Origin: Lama glama
Lineage: Eukaryota
Assembly (NCBI GenBank): GCA_028534125.1
Contig: CM052816.1
Location: forward strand, 75,084,001-75,148,000
Reading direction: 5' to 3'
DNA: 64,000 nt
Position numbers and translations under genes: made by a program. The first letter of the stretch is position 1, and each line of letters starts with the position of its first letter. This document shows positions 26,544 to 40,800 of this stretch, piece by piece. The notes below the pieces were generated by a model, which made no database searches, was not told where the DNA came from, and worked only from the letters and a program-made list of their open reading frames with translations.

Positions 26544-26720
26544 GGGGAGGGTATAGCTCAGTGTTAGAGCACGTGTTTAGCATACACAAGGTCCTGGGTT
26601 CAATTCCCAGTATCTCCACTAAATAAATAAATAAGCCGAATTACCTCCCCCCCCCAAAATAAAGACACAAAAAGAAGCTGCCACTTAAAAAATAAAAATA
26701 AAAATAAACCATTTAAAAAA
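26544..26720 (+). mobile_element. Camelid tRNA-derived SINE (vic-1-like)
   Basis: ggggagggtatagctcagtgttagagcacgtg...ggtcctgggttcaattcccag, linker, aattacctccccccc, A-tail. Confidence 0.9.
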
Positions 26721-29700
26721 AGCAATATTCATCATTAAAAATAGAAATCTTTACATGGTCTTGCCTTTTTTATTTGTCCTTAAATGTTGGAAATGCCTGC
26801 AAAAAAATGTTATAATGGAAAAGAACAGCAGTCCAACAACCAGTAAAACCCTTTAAAATGTCTTATAAAATTTAATTAAGTGAATGACTTTAAATTCTGT
26901 GACCTTGAGTATCCAGTTCTTGAGAGCTAACACCAAGAGCAGCTTTCTGAGGGACCGCAGCCATTCGTGCAGGGAAAGAGGAAGTAATTCCTGCTCATTC
27001 CTGGGCTCAGCATCCTTAGGCTACAGGCCATAGGATACAATCTCTAGACAGAAAACGAAAGGCCATGGTAGAGAGTTTTGTGTTACACTGAAGAAAAATG
27101 GCCTTCTATTCTAAGATCTCAAAGCCCTGAAGACTGTGTTCAGGGAAATGGCTTGCTGTGTCTATTGTCTCATTTGGCTAGTCTTCCCCTGAGAATTTGC
27201 CTGTAACCACAAACAGTTATTACATCCACACGTCAAAACCATTTGTGATAGCAACTGTTCTCCGCTTCAGAGCTGGCTGAGTTTTTCCACTGAAGTCCTA
27301 TATGGCTTGTTGGGATCCCTACCAAGTGGGTGCTGTGTAAAGGCAAAATATCCCAGGAGGATAAACTCAGTGTGAGTAATACCATCGTCATCTTGTCCTT
27401 TTATTCTGTGTACCTTGATTTTCTTTATTTAGCAAATCCCATTTTTCTTTCCTACATCAGTCATCATAGTGATTTTCACAGTCGCAGACTTTGTAAAACT
27501 GCGCTCTCCAATATTTTGTATCTGGTGTGTGTCTGTGTGTGCGCATGGAAGGAAGGGGCCTTCTGGCTTCTTCCGTGATATTTTGGCAAGCCCCTAGAGA
27601 GACCTGTCCTTGGTCTCACTGCACCACCAAAGTATCTAGCATTCCCTTGCTGGGTTCAGTCTTTGCAGCCCCTCTTTCCCTCAGGTTAATGCAAACCTTG
27701 CAGCTTTTAGGAGGGAGCAGCAGAAGAGGTAGAGTAAGCATAATTCACTCGCTTCCTCTACCTACACATCCGTGTGTTTCATACCACAGTCCCGAGGTGT
27801 CTCTGCTTCTCCCTTTGCTCGTGCCTTTATCTGTCTTCCCAAAGCTTTGTAAGCCCCTATGCACACTTCTGCTAGCCGCACTTTCCCCAGTGAGCTCAGA
27901 GATGCTGGGAATGTACAAGTCCATTTCTTTGGACTGAAAAACAGCCTCTAGTGGTTCATAGACACTCAGTCGCATGGTATTTTACAGCTCCAGCGCTGTT
28001 GGCGTTCCTTGGATCAGAATTATAATATTCAGACAGCATTTATGGATCACTATGGTTTGCCTAGTGCTCTACTCATTGCTGCAGATGTGAAGATAAATTG
28101 TGCCAGCATGCCGTGAGCTCAGAGTCTAGTGGTGGGTAAAGAGAGAGCAACAGTTCCAACCTGTGTGGTGAGCAGAGGAAGCAGCAGAGCACTTAAGAGC
28201 TGTACCAGACTGGGGATGTCCCTCAGACCCTGGAGTGGGGCACCGTATGGGCGAAGTTGGAGATGGTTTCTCCAGGATAGATGACCCCTGAGCCAAGTCG
28301 TGAAGAATAGGGAGGGTGTTGCCATTAGAATGTGAGGCGATAGGGTACATGGTGGTATGTGTTTCAGGTGGCATGAACAAAGCCTTAAGTCTTGGTCCCT
28401 TAAGGAGCAACCCTTCTAAACTTTGCCTTCTCTGTGCTTGATCACTAGAGCTTTCCCAAAGAAGATGCCGAAAAAAAGAAATACATTGCAGCCACATTTA
28501 AGAAGCACTTAACAGAAAAGATGGGCATAAAATGGGGTTTTATGTAAAACAAAGTCTTACATGACGCTCCATTGCCTCGGGTGAATGAAATGTTAACATC
28601 AAATGCAAACTCGTCGTTTTGTAAAAAAGAGAGCTTGTTATTTGAGATTAAGTTTGTTGTGATAATGTGAAGCTTACTGTAATAATAAGGGGATTTGTTA
28701 TCATTTAACCAGAGTTGTTTATTACTGGAGAATTTAGTAATGAATTTCACACAGATATCTAAATAATTAAAGAGCGATCACCACGAAGCAAGGAATAGAA
28801 AGTATGAAGGTCTTCAGTCATTTAAAAAGCAAATGGTGAATTCCTAGATTTTGCAGGAGGCCTTGTAAGTGACGCAGGGGCGGGGAAGAGCAAAGCTGGA
28901 GAAGCAAGTGGTGGAAGGAGAGTTAGCTATTCACCAAGGTTACGGTGAAGTTAGCAAATGTGGGAATGTCAAAACCAGGAGCCCTGGGGACCAGTCAGGG
29001 CGTTTTTAACGCTGCACTTGCCTTTTCTGACATTTCTTCGTGGAGAAAGAAAGAAAGAAGCTGAATGATAAGGATGAACAAGACCCACTAACCCTACATA
29101 TTCACATGCAGATTCAATCCCTCCTACTTTACTGCAGAACATTTACTTTTCAGAACATTTCATTGGATTCCCACTGTGATCAAGTAAGGAAGACAAAGTA
29201 ATCCAACAGAAGACTGCGGCACAAAGAATTTAAGGGACCAAATGACTATTAAATGGCAGAGTTAAGATGGAAAGCAGGTCTTCAGACCCTAATATAGCGT
29301 TCTTTGCTACCACACTGCACTGCATCTCTTTTTTAGGATTTATTTTTAAATGCTAAAACCTCAGCAATTGTTCCTGCTTTGTGAATCATTCGTCTGTGCA
29401 GCTGCCATCCAACATTGTGAGGCTCAGCCCGGCATGGTTAGATCAGAGCGCTGAAGTGGGAGTTAGTCACATTTTGGCTTCACAGCTAACCTATTGTTGA
29501 ATATTGAAATTGTGACAGTCTTTAGTCTTTCTGCATCTCATTTTCTCTCTTTCCTTGAGCTGTCTTATGTCTTGGAGCTCAGTGTGAATAGAGTCCTCCA
29601 GCTACATTGCTCTCACTGGAAGAATAAACTTGGTGCCAGCTTCCTAGGCCAGCCCTATATGGTTTGTCCCCAAATATGTGTTGTGGTTTCCTGAGTTTTG

Positions 29701-29829
29701 TGAGTCTCAGGAATTGGGCCACTTTCTGTGTAATTCTCTGTCCAACTTCATATGGGAACTCAAGAGCTAAAGAATTCCCTGGTAGACTGTAGGAATGTTA
29801 CATACAAATTGTCTAAATAGTACTAGCGT

Positions 29830-29990
29830 AATGAGCACTTGCTAGGTGCTGGACACTTGCATCTCATTGAAACCTTGCAATAAGGCCCATGAGGTAAAGC
29901 AGATGGAGAAACACGGGCACAGGAACCTTGCCAGCTAGAATCAGACTTTGAACTGAGGTGCTTTGCTCTGCTCCAAAGCAGTAAGCTGTA
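29830..29990 (-). mobile_element. MIR SINE fragment
   Basis: atgagcacttgctaggtgctggacac...ccatgaggtaaagcagatggagaaac...tttgaactgagg. Confidence 0.55.
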
Positions 29991-31996
29991 CTGTTTACAA
30001 GGAAGATGGTCTAGAAGAGGTCTCTGTCGGTAGGGCTCAGTGAATTCTGTCAGTTGAAATTCATGATGGCTCCTAACCCGGAATTGATTGTTCACTGAAA
30101 TCCACCTGACCGCTTTCACACCAGGTGTAGATCTTGCTCAAATAATGAGAACAATGTGAGAGCTGCCTACAGAAAATGTTCTTCAGAGGCTCACAGGTTG
30201 TTCACTTTGTTTGCTGGCAGACCCTGAATTCATGGTGACATGCCTTATGTGAGTTATATTTAAGTGTAAGGAGTCCTAACAACTATAGGAGTTCGAGTGT
30301 TCGTCATTAATTTCAGCACTTTAGTTAAGCTTCTGTGACACGTGCAAAAGTCCTTTGAAATCTGGGGATGAAAATAGATCATTAAAAATGAAGTAGCAAA
30401 GAAGTTTTATTTCTATAGCTATAAATTTTCTTACACAGTAAGATCCAGAAGCATGTAACTTGTTATTAAATGTGTAATGTTTATCCACTCTATATGTATT
30501 TAGCACTAGTTTTGACTACATTTAAGTAATAGAGTTTGTCTTCTTTTGAAATCCATCCAAGATTCCCAATAGACTTCTCTCTTTCTTCCTATTCATTTAT
30601 TTAAAAAACACCCAATATCTTTTGTGCCATGCACTGGGTAAAAGTATACTAAATCCTTTTAATTGCTGGTACATTGGTGAGTTGACAGGTTATCACAAGG
30701 AGTAAAATCTTAATTAAGCCCAGTTATTTGAAGCTCCTTGCATCTGATCATATACTTGGTATGACAGCAGTTTTGAAAGAGATATAAACCAGGTAGCAGG
30801 TGTGTATTTCAGTAGGTAAAACATTGAGGTGGCAGAAGATGATCATGGCATCATGTGTGGTGCTTTTCGACCCAAAAAGGAAGCAATGGAAGCATGTTTT
30901 TGCCATTTTTAATAGAAGATCTAGAGTGTGATAAATTAGCCTTACGGGAAATACTAATTTAGGCTCCTGGTGGTGGATACTTAGAAAGGAGCTTAATCAT
31001 AATTAGCAGAAAATGATCTGAAGATCAGATCATCAGAGCTAATGTTTCAGCTGTGCTCCCTAGATGTGCCTGAGAGGCTACCTCTGTACTCAGTGGGGGA
31101 GGCAGGGTTAATGGGTGAAAATCTGCTTTCCACGCCCAATCCCTCTTTTATTTTGTTTGGAGAAAGGGTGCTGTAGCTAAAGGAAACTTTGAAAAGTGTG
31201 GCTATAGACCAGCTCAGACATTTTACCAAAGCAAACTGAGGCTCAGCCAAATTCCCAGAAAAAAATAACTATATAAGAAAGTGAATATAATTGTAGTTTT
31301 CTACACTACCTGGCCCAGCAATGAACAGTTTTACATAGTTATTTTGTCATCATGGTGTAAATTCTGACCATTGAATTACCTACAAATTGTGACATAGCTG
31401 TGTTGGGAGAACTGAAGATGGTGGAGCACAAGGATTTGTGAGAGGGTTAAGTCTTCATATGCATCAATAAGAAGTTAGTGGGTAATGTCTAAAATTGATT
31501 AATTAAGAAATAAAGAGCTTGTTCAACATAGTATTTTAAAATACAGAGGTGAGAAGAAAGCCTATAAAAGTATAAAAGAAAATGCCAAAAAAATAGTGAA
31601 ATCGATTACTGTTGGGAGCATGTCTAATTGGTACGAGAGGGAGGCAAGAACTGTTTTTGGTGAATATATTACTTTTTTAACAAATAAAATTAAAACTTAA
31701 AAAAAGGGATATTGTTTATATGCATTAGTGTATGCTTCCTGCTCTTGGTAAATAATAGCTTGTGTTTGTCAAGAAGGCCATTCCCTGGAAGAGAAAAATC
31801 AGCAAGATGCTAGGAGTGGAATTTCTCATTACGTGATCTAAGGGCTGAGGCGTGAGAGATCAGCTCTGTGGCAGGGTGTTTCCTAACTAAATCAGTTATG
31901 CCTTTGGCTATTCATTTGACATTCTCCCTAAATTATTTTAGGGACAGAAGCTGCCACCAGAAAGAAAGTAAAAGCATGACTGTGCAAAGACTTTGA

Positions 31997-32281
<285 letters not shown>

Positions 32282-34499
32282 TAAAAGTGTTTTACATTGG
32301 TAGTCATGGGATTAATTTAATCCATGGATAGACTGAATAGGAAGATTCATCAACTTAATGTTTCTAGATGTAGAATTCTTAATGTACAATTCTCAGGAAA
32401 TACACATATGCACACAGAATTGAATTACTGTCCTTGGTATCTTTGACAGTGTGATAAAATCAAAGAAAAGTTGTATTGGTCTTTATAGTCGGACTATTAA
32501 GATGGATGATATATGCAAATTTAAGAATATATTGATCATTCCTACCTTTCTTCTTTGCTTTCCCAAACCGCAGTTTCAAATTGCTGGATTTCATTTTATG
32601 AAACTCGGTAAAAATTAAGTTTTAATCATTTAGGTGTAAATTGCTGTACAGGCCCCACAGTGAATCAGGAAGTCTTTGGTTCTTGCAAGCTTTCGGTCCT
32701 CTTTTATAAAGCAGACTTCAGAACACACCAGCCATTTTAGTGCTCCTCTAGATTTTGTCTTCTTAAATAGAAAATACTGGTTAATGGTACAACTGAAACT
32801 GTTCAGATCGGAGAGAAGCATCACTGGCACTTGCCTACAGTCACCTTTCTGACCCAGATTTGAATCTAAGATGTTGAAATGACATAGGTCACATAAGACA
32901 GCTGGGAAGGTGCCATTTTCTTGATTCAGTGTCTTGATGAACCACAAAACAGAGTTCTCTAGATGAGGGATGTTTGTTTATGTGTTTTCTCTTAATGATG
33001 CTGACCTTTTGGCATTAGTCTGGTTGAGAACCCTCATTCAGGTGTGGTATGAAGTACCCTAAAGCAGCCCCTTGAATTAAATTAGGAAGCTCATAATGCT
33101 TTTCAGAAGCCACATTTTAAAGCGAGTTCTGTCCTAAATGGTGCCTTCCCCAAGACTATTTTTGTAGACCCAATCAAGTTGATGTGTAGAAAAGAGAAAT
33201 TGGATGAAAGGACAGAATATTTCATCTCAATGTTTAGTCCGTGAGTCTTACTGCTTCTTAAAACCCCCAAAACCATGGACAGGACTTGCTGAAAAGAATC
33301 CATTACTTTGAAATCAAAGACGAAATAGTCCTTGATCCTGTTTTCTTTAATAAAGTAAGGTGGTAGGTACAGCTTGTAAGGATAATTCCAGCACCACTGT
33401 ACCCCGATCTTCCTCTTCTCCCAGCTAAGCCCTCCCCCTGCATCCCCACTCCACGTGTGCCCTAACCTTGTTCTTACCAGTTCAGTGCTCCTACCTGCAC
33501 ACCTCCACTCGACTCTGCCTCCCCGAGGCCTCTCCACCCTTTAAGTCTGATGCAGTTTCCATCTTCTTCGCGAAGGGGTTTCTGACAGCTTAACACTCAC
33601 TACTCCATCCTCCGAGTGGTCCAACGTTCGTTTTGACACTTATCATCTAATACCCACATTTTCTCATGACATAACTCATGTGTTATTTACCTCTACTGCC
33701 ATTAAAAAAAATTCCTTATACCCTTTCTCTCCATTCACATTGTTGTTTTATACATTCAGACATTTAATAAGCATGGTTGAGCTCCTTCTCTGAAGTGAAC
33801 TGTTGCCAACAGTAGGTACAGAAAGCAGGACATTCTCTGCTCCCAGGGAGCACATGATGGGGAGCAGACATCAGGCATCCAGCAGTACCAGTAGTCAGAG
33901 TAATACTTGTGGTGAATTTAGTCCACAAGGAAGAGTCTTGTCAGCTGCTGAGTTAGAAGAATAGAGGAAGGCTGCTTAACAGCCTGGGGAGAGTATCTAA
34001 GAAAGCTTCTAGGTGGTACACAATGTAAGCTTGTAATGTATTTTGCAAGGCATTTCACAGTCCGTATCTCTTCCCCTCCAGTCCCAGTTCTTCTCTTTTT
34101 GCCTGAGCATTCTCCCCACTTCAGCCATACTAAAATGCTGTGAGCTATGTCACCCACCCCAACCCCCCTCCATATTCTTCTGGGACTTTGCACATTCTTG
34201 TCTCTCTCCCTGGAATGCTCTTCCCACCCCAACCATCTGGCCAATTCCTGCTCATCTTCTATGTCTCAGCTGTATGTTTCTTCTCTGGCAAGTCTTCCCT
34301 GTCCCTCCGCAGGTCTCCTGGATGCTTCCCTGAGTCCTAGTACTCACACTGCTCACTGTATTGAAGTAACCTCCTGCCTCTTCCTGTCTCACTCATCACT
34401 ATTTGTCCAGCCTAAACATGGTGCTAGACCCATGCACAGTGAATGTCTGTTGAATAAATACGATACTTTTCTTGATGAGAAAATTGATAGATTGAGTGA

Positions 34500-35320
34500 T
34501 GAGTCTTGAAAGATAAGGAGGAGTCTTGTAAGTGAAAATAAGACCAAAAAGGCCCTTTTAGGCAAAGGGAAGAAAATAGGCAAAGTCATGGAGGTACGAA
34601 GAAAACAGCTTACTCACGGACCTGCCTGTGGAGTGTGAGGGCATGACCAGAGATTCTGAAGACTGAAGTTGAAAAGACAGTGAGGGGCCAGATGACGAGG
34701 GAACATGAATGTCTTGTTAAGAAATTGGGTTTTATCTGGAAGGCATTTAGTGATTTTTAATAGTTGGGGGAACACAACTGGTTAGATTTGCACTTTGGAA
34801 GGAGCACCGTAGCTTGTATGTAGAGTAAAGGCGGAGAGATGAGACTCCTTCAGTGTTCTTGCCCAGAAATATCAAAGCCCTAACCCAGAAGACAGAAAGA
34901 GGGATTTGAAAGAGATTTAGGAGGTGGACTCAACCTAACTCGATGATGGGTTGGACATGGTTGCTAAGGTAGAGGAGATTCCTAAGTTTTCCAGCTAAAG
35001 ATTGGTTGACCTGTTTTATCTTTGATGAAGCCCAGGACTGTGGGAAGAGAGAGGGAGGAGCAGTAGGAGGCAGGTAAAGAGTAGGTTCAGTTTGAACATA
35101 CTGATTTGATCTTCCTAAGTTAACGTCCTGAACCTCCAGTCAGAGAGTTCTGATAAGCAATTGGAGGTGTGGATCTGGAGCTCAGAAGAGAAGTCACCAT
35201 TGGAACAAATACATGAAACTCATTAGCACATGGGGATAATTGGATCCGCAGATGACGTTGTGCAGCAAAAATGAGTAAAGGGAAAGGTAGCAAAGTGTGG
35301 AACTTTGGGTGCCTCAGGGA
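34500..35320 (-). mobile_element. L2 LINE fragment
   Basis: ttaagaaattgggttttatct...agatttgcactttggaagg...agagatttaggaggtgga...ggatctggagctcagaagagaagtc. Confidence 0.7.
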
Positions 35321-37784
35321 AAGGAGTGGCCCATGTTTACTCCTGTGCTCTATTTGTAGTAGGTGCTTAATGACTTTTGCAGTGCCATGAGGGCAAGGGA
35401 TGTGTTACACCCTGCCGGAGCAGATGTGGGACTAGAATTCCACTTTCAGCTCTTAAGGAAAATCCCATTACTTTGCCATTTGAAAAAGACTTTGGAAATG
35501 TTATGACTCTAATTTCTTGATTTTGTATTGCTAGAATGAGGTTATAAAAGATGCCTTCCTCATCTGACTTGGGATTAACTGCTTTATCCATAATGCAGCC
35601 TTTTATGATGGTGATACCGTAATTAAATTATTCATCTATAAAACAAATAAAGTAATTGAAATATTATTCTTGGTAGTTGAACCACTTACTGTAGCTTTTA
35701 GTTTTTAGTTTCCATTTTTATCAAGGTTTTTGTTTATATTTTATACCACTAAATGGAAATCTTCATACATATTTCAAAGGTAAATTCCCCATGTGCTAAT
35801 CATAGGTGCTTGGCTTTCCAAAAATGACCTTGAGAGCTAATTGGAGATAAATAAAGTTGTTAGTAAAAGGTTTTTAAAACCAATAGGTCATTTGCCGCAG
35901 ATTTTTATCTTCTCGATCACTGAAGCCTTATTCATAATTCCACAGTTATCTTCTCCCCCAGTCCCTTTCCTGCCTGTTTGCCTGTTCTTAGTAACACAAC
36001 TCAAAAGCTCTTTTTCTCTTACTTGTTCCATTTGGATAAATTTACAGTTGTTCATAACATGGGGGAAAGGAAATCAGTATGAATGATGCTCCAGTACATT
36101 TTCTGCAAAGGAAAATTGTCCAGTTTAAAAAAAAAACGTAATTGTCGTTTTGGAATTAGATAACCTGCTACAGCATACAGACATACCTAAATGATTTATT
36201 TTCCCCCTCAGAACACATTTCTCCTGAAGAAAGTTTTTTCTAGGAGTGTAAAAATGTGCAAGCAACAAAGAAGTTTGCTGAAATATTTTGTCCTAAATTT
36301 AAATAATCTTTTCCAGTAAAATCAACCAGATTATCTATGAGTCCATCAAACAGAGAGAGCAAGTTATCTCCGGTTCCCCATGATGTTTTGCTCCTGGGGA
36401 GAAATATCCATTAACTGGAGACACATAAGCATTCCAGGGCTTTGATGTGGATTCATACACAAGTGACAATAAGTTAAGCTATTAAGGAGAAAGAATATGC
36501 CTCTGTGGTGCCCCTGCTATGTCCCATTCTAAGCCTGCAAATAATAGTTGAATTTAAGGTAAAGCCAGAAGAGAGGAGAGATCTGGGAAGCATAATATTT
36601 AAGTCTGAGGGAGAGTAACCGTGAAAACTCAAGGAAGGAGCAGTGCCTGCTGCGTGGGAGGGCAGCTTGAGGAGCCAGCCAGTTAAAGTCAGAGGGAAGC
36701 CATTTGCAGGTTTAAAGTCTTTATTTTCAGCAAGCTTACAAGTCACGCCCCAAGCTGTCATTTTTAAACACACTCCTGGTTAGGATGCTATTAAGAAGAC
36801 ACAAAGTCATAGGGAAGCCATTTAGCATCACATCAGCAGGCAGTCTGCCTTGACAGTGAGCCTCCTACCATTTCTAAACAGAGCCCCAGTGACCATCTCA
36901 GAAGAATGTTTTGAAGAATTCTTGGGTGGGAGGTGATATTCCATGACTTTGTTTGTCCCTTCTTCTCAAGTTGTCAGACTGTTAAGCGTGACAGCATGTG
37001 TTCTAAATCAGACACGACAAGTTGAGTCTACCTTCTTAGGTCAAGCTGTATGAGTTGGCACCACCATCACTTGGTGGTACCCACCAGAATGTTGAAATGG
37101 AATGTTTAGGGTAAGGTTAGCCTTCTCATGCTTGTCCTAAAAACATAGGCGTCTTCACTGGATTTGCATACCAGAGATTCTCATGCTATCCTCTTGGACC
37201 CGTGTGTTTTCACAGGACTTAAAGGGAAAGCTTTAATATTTACATTGGGCAAAGGTGGGGGGTCTTTTAGGGTCCAGTTATCCCCTTATAATGACTCCAA
37301 GCTGCTTGAGAGCACCTTCTTTGCTTCCTTTAATTCTTTACTCAGAAGCATTGATCACCTTTCCCCCCATCAGCCCTGTGCTTTCACCTTCCAACTACCT
37401 CCTCCCTCCCTGCTTTTCTTCATTCTTTTCTGTCTTCAAATCATTATTAATCATCTAATTAAAATTTTGACCATAAATGTTAGATCTAACTAAAAGTAAT
37501 TTTAAAAAAAACTGGTTATAGTAGTAGTAGATGCCATCAGTAGTCAACACTCGTTTATCTTCTGACATCAACAGATTTCTACAACTAATTGCCAGTTAGG
37601 GAGCTGGCATGTATTCTCACCAAAGTATAATAGTTACAGTTAACATTTGTTTTCATTGCTGATTTTCAGTCATTTACCCTAGTTCTGTTCTCTCCGTAAA
37701 GAACTTGAGAGGTTATTTGTGTTATGCGCCATAAAATAATTCCTGTGATAGAAATTGGCATTGCCATTTTCTTAACTTTGACAG

Positions 37785-37886
37785 GCTGTGTTTGATGTGG
37801 ACAGCAAGAAGGGGCTGACTCTGATCGAACTCTGGGAAGGCCTGACAGTGGATGATATAAAAAAGAGCACGGGATGTGATTTTGCC
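37785..37886 (+). CDS. OXCT1: OXCT1 coding exon, human exon 16 equivalent: [34 protein letters not shown]
   Basis: gacag acceptor; 102 nt, phase 0-0; gtaagt donor. Peptide continues SCOT in frame. Confidence 0.98.
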
Positions 37887-40800
37887 GTAAGTATTTCTGT
37901 GAACAAATCCAGCCATTTGTCCTGTATCCCAGGCTTGATTAATGGCTGTTTACAGGACATGAACCATTAATTTGTGATCATTTTTGGAGTTGACCTTTGC
38001 AGAGAACCGGAGTGGAAGGAAGGGTGCCTCCGATGAGAGCAGGTGGGAGCAGGAGCAGACTCTGACTCACAGGCCAGGGTTGGGCTCAGGAGTCAGAAGC
38101 AGGAGGAGGGGGATCCACCAGGAGCTGCTGGAACAGAGCATTGCTTGAACGCTAAGCTACTTTCTGTAAAGTCCTTTGCAACTCTGTGTTCTTGGGTTAC
38201 GGATCAGCCGTGGCCAAACCTAATTAACTCAAAAATGTGAGCCACACATAGAGAAATGATGCTTCCTTATTTTTAAACCCATCTGTGGCTTATGACGTCC
38301 TCCTTGATGAATGTCTACACCTGATAATGCCATCCGCTGAAGATATTACAGTGTTGAGCTTTTGACACCACCAGATACATAGTCACAAAGTGTTTCCCAT
38401 ATTTGAAGGAAAACTTAGTGCATTGAAACTCTGACTTATAAAGCAGATAAGAACATCATGGGAGTATCCACTTAAAAAATCTCCAGATCCCTTTTTGAAA
38501 CAGAGAATAATACTGGAATATAAAATAATCACCCTTTAACATAAGTGCTGTATGACATGTGAATCACCAATCAACTACCTAATGAGGGTTGAGAGGACAG
38601 CTCGGTCCATTTGAAGTTAGTCAAAAGTAAAGGTGAAATGTGTCTGAAAAAATGAAGAAAAAGAATTTGCTTCTCACATACCCTTTAAAAAAAACAGCTC
38701 TTCAGGTTAAAGTGAAATATATTTATAATGAGAAGAAATATTGCAGCTACTCATCCTGGAGAAAGTAATTTAACAAAACTTATTTGATAAATTATGCATA
38801 TATTTCATACATTTCTTCCTCAGGTACTATATGCTTGGCTGGTGCCTATCAGTGCATAACAGATTTCTGTAAAAACAGTTTTGCTGCATAATTCATCATC
38901 CACATATAACTGCTTCTGGTACTACATGAAGGTCTTTGTCTATTAACCTTTTTTGAATTTCCCTTTGGAAGAAAGAGCTCTTCAGCAATACCGTACATGA
39001 AAAGCACTTCTTTAATTAGCTTTTCAGTGACCTTAGGGGGTAAAAAATGGGATTTGTTTTACTTTAACTATTTAAAATTCCTTACTCCAGTGATAAAAGC
39101 AAACAATTCTTCTTACTTAATTAAATATTCTTTGTAATTTTTTTTCCCCATATGGATGAGTTAACCTCTTCTTCAGCAAATAGCATTTTTGAGATTTATG
39201 AAATGTTCAGTTCTCTGCTGTAGAAGAGAATTGCAAAAGAAGACCCTCATTATTATCAATTTCTTTTTTCAGTCGTGTTGGTAAATCAGGAATGATAAAG
39301 ATGGAATTTTACTGGTTTTGCTTTTTTTTTTAAGTGCTAGTTTCCATGTCTTGATCCATTGAAAAATATCTCCATGACCCCCCCTCTTTTATTAAAGTAC
39401 CAACCATCCTTCTCTTTTTGGTATTAACTTGTAATCTTGTTTCCTTCAAATTAGGCTATTGAAATGAAGTGTTAATTTGTGTATCAGTGTTGTCCTTAAA
39501 ATGAGAAAGTTTAGTATCAGCTGAGCCATCTTGACAGAAGACCCAGTTTTTGAGGATCTGGTGATCAATGGCATCTCTTTAGACCCTGACAGATGAAGTC
39601 ACACGTATCAAATTCTCTGTAAGGCTGAGAACTGGAGTGTTCTGATGAACAAGATGTTCTGCTTCATAGCAGGGTTATCAATACGATGCAGTTAATAAAA
39701 GTATATGGGGACAACATTTTCATTGGATAATTCAGAAGGTACCCTGTATGACGGTTACTGTATATATAGCATTTTACTCTGTGTGTGACTACATACAACT
39801 TACTCAAGATTTCTGTTTGAGAAAAGGCCCACTCAGCCTTCACTGTATACTGAGAAGTAAACATTCTAAAAGGGAACACTTAGACAGCCAGGTTGTTGCA
39901 TAACAAAGGAAAAAAAGTAAACAGCCTAGGTCAAAGTAATTGTGAAACTGTGTTGGTAAAAGTCCCGTATACCTAAGAACATGGGCAAGTGCATGGGAAA
40001 AGTATACATTTTGGGAGTATAAGCTGATTGAGTAAATCCTGAGAATTTCAAAGAAAAAGACAAAATATGTCAGCATCAGAGAACAGGACATGGCAAAATT
40101 GTGGCTTCAGAGTATTAAAAAAATAATGGCTACAATGAAATATTTGGGCAATTTAAAAAAAGAATCAAAAGAATCACTAAGACTTTCCTGTATGCCCCAG
40201 TGCAATTAGCAAAAACAACAAAAAAAAAATGTAAAAGAAAAGTATGTTCTTTAAGTATCACCTGAAATAGCTTCTTTAAAAATTTATAAGGACTATAATG
40301 CCAGTTGAGAAGAGTTTTCTTCTCAATTAATAGGAAAGTCTCTTCAGGGTCACATTATGGCTTAAACTCCAAAGGAAGCTGTGGAAATTTTATTTTAAAA
40401 AATGCAAATATTGACTCTATTTCTGGAAACTTCACCACACTTCTAAAATAAAATTCTGTTCAGGAGTTGTTCACAGCAAGAGAAGCCAACCCATAATGGA
40501 CAGAGATCTTGTTCCATATGATCACTTTCCTTCAAAATGCAGCTGTTATAAAGGAAGAGACTTTCCTCTGTATTTCTTGGGGATTGAGTACTGAATCTGG
40601 TGAGAGAGATAAAGGAGCTGGGCAGGTGTAGAGGCTAAAAGCATCATCATTGTCATAAAGCCTGGATAAAGGATGTGACTTAGGGGTTTAGCCACACCAG
40701 CTTTCCCAGATGTGAGCCCCAGAAGTGGGAGAGACTTCAGCTCCCAGTTGCAGGCAGCCTTGGAATATCAGAGGTGTCCTGCACAAGGGCCAGCCTTTCC

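Noticed and set aside
37765..37784. U12-type intron suggested by ttttcttaac close to the acceptor
   Set aside because: The matching donor at 32195 is GTGAGG, not GTATCCTT, so the intron is U2-type.
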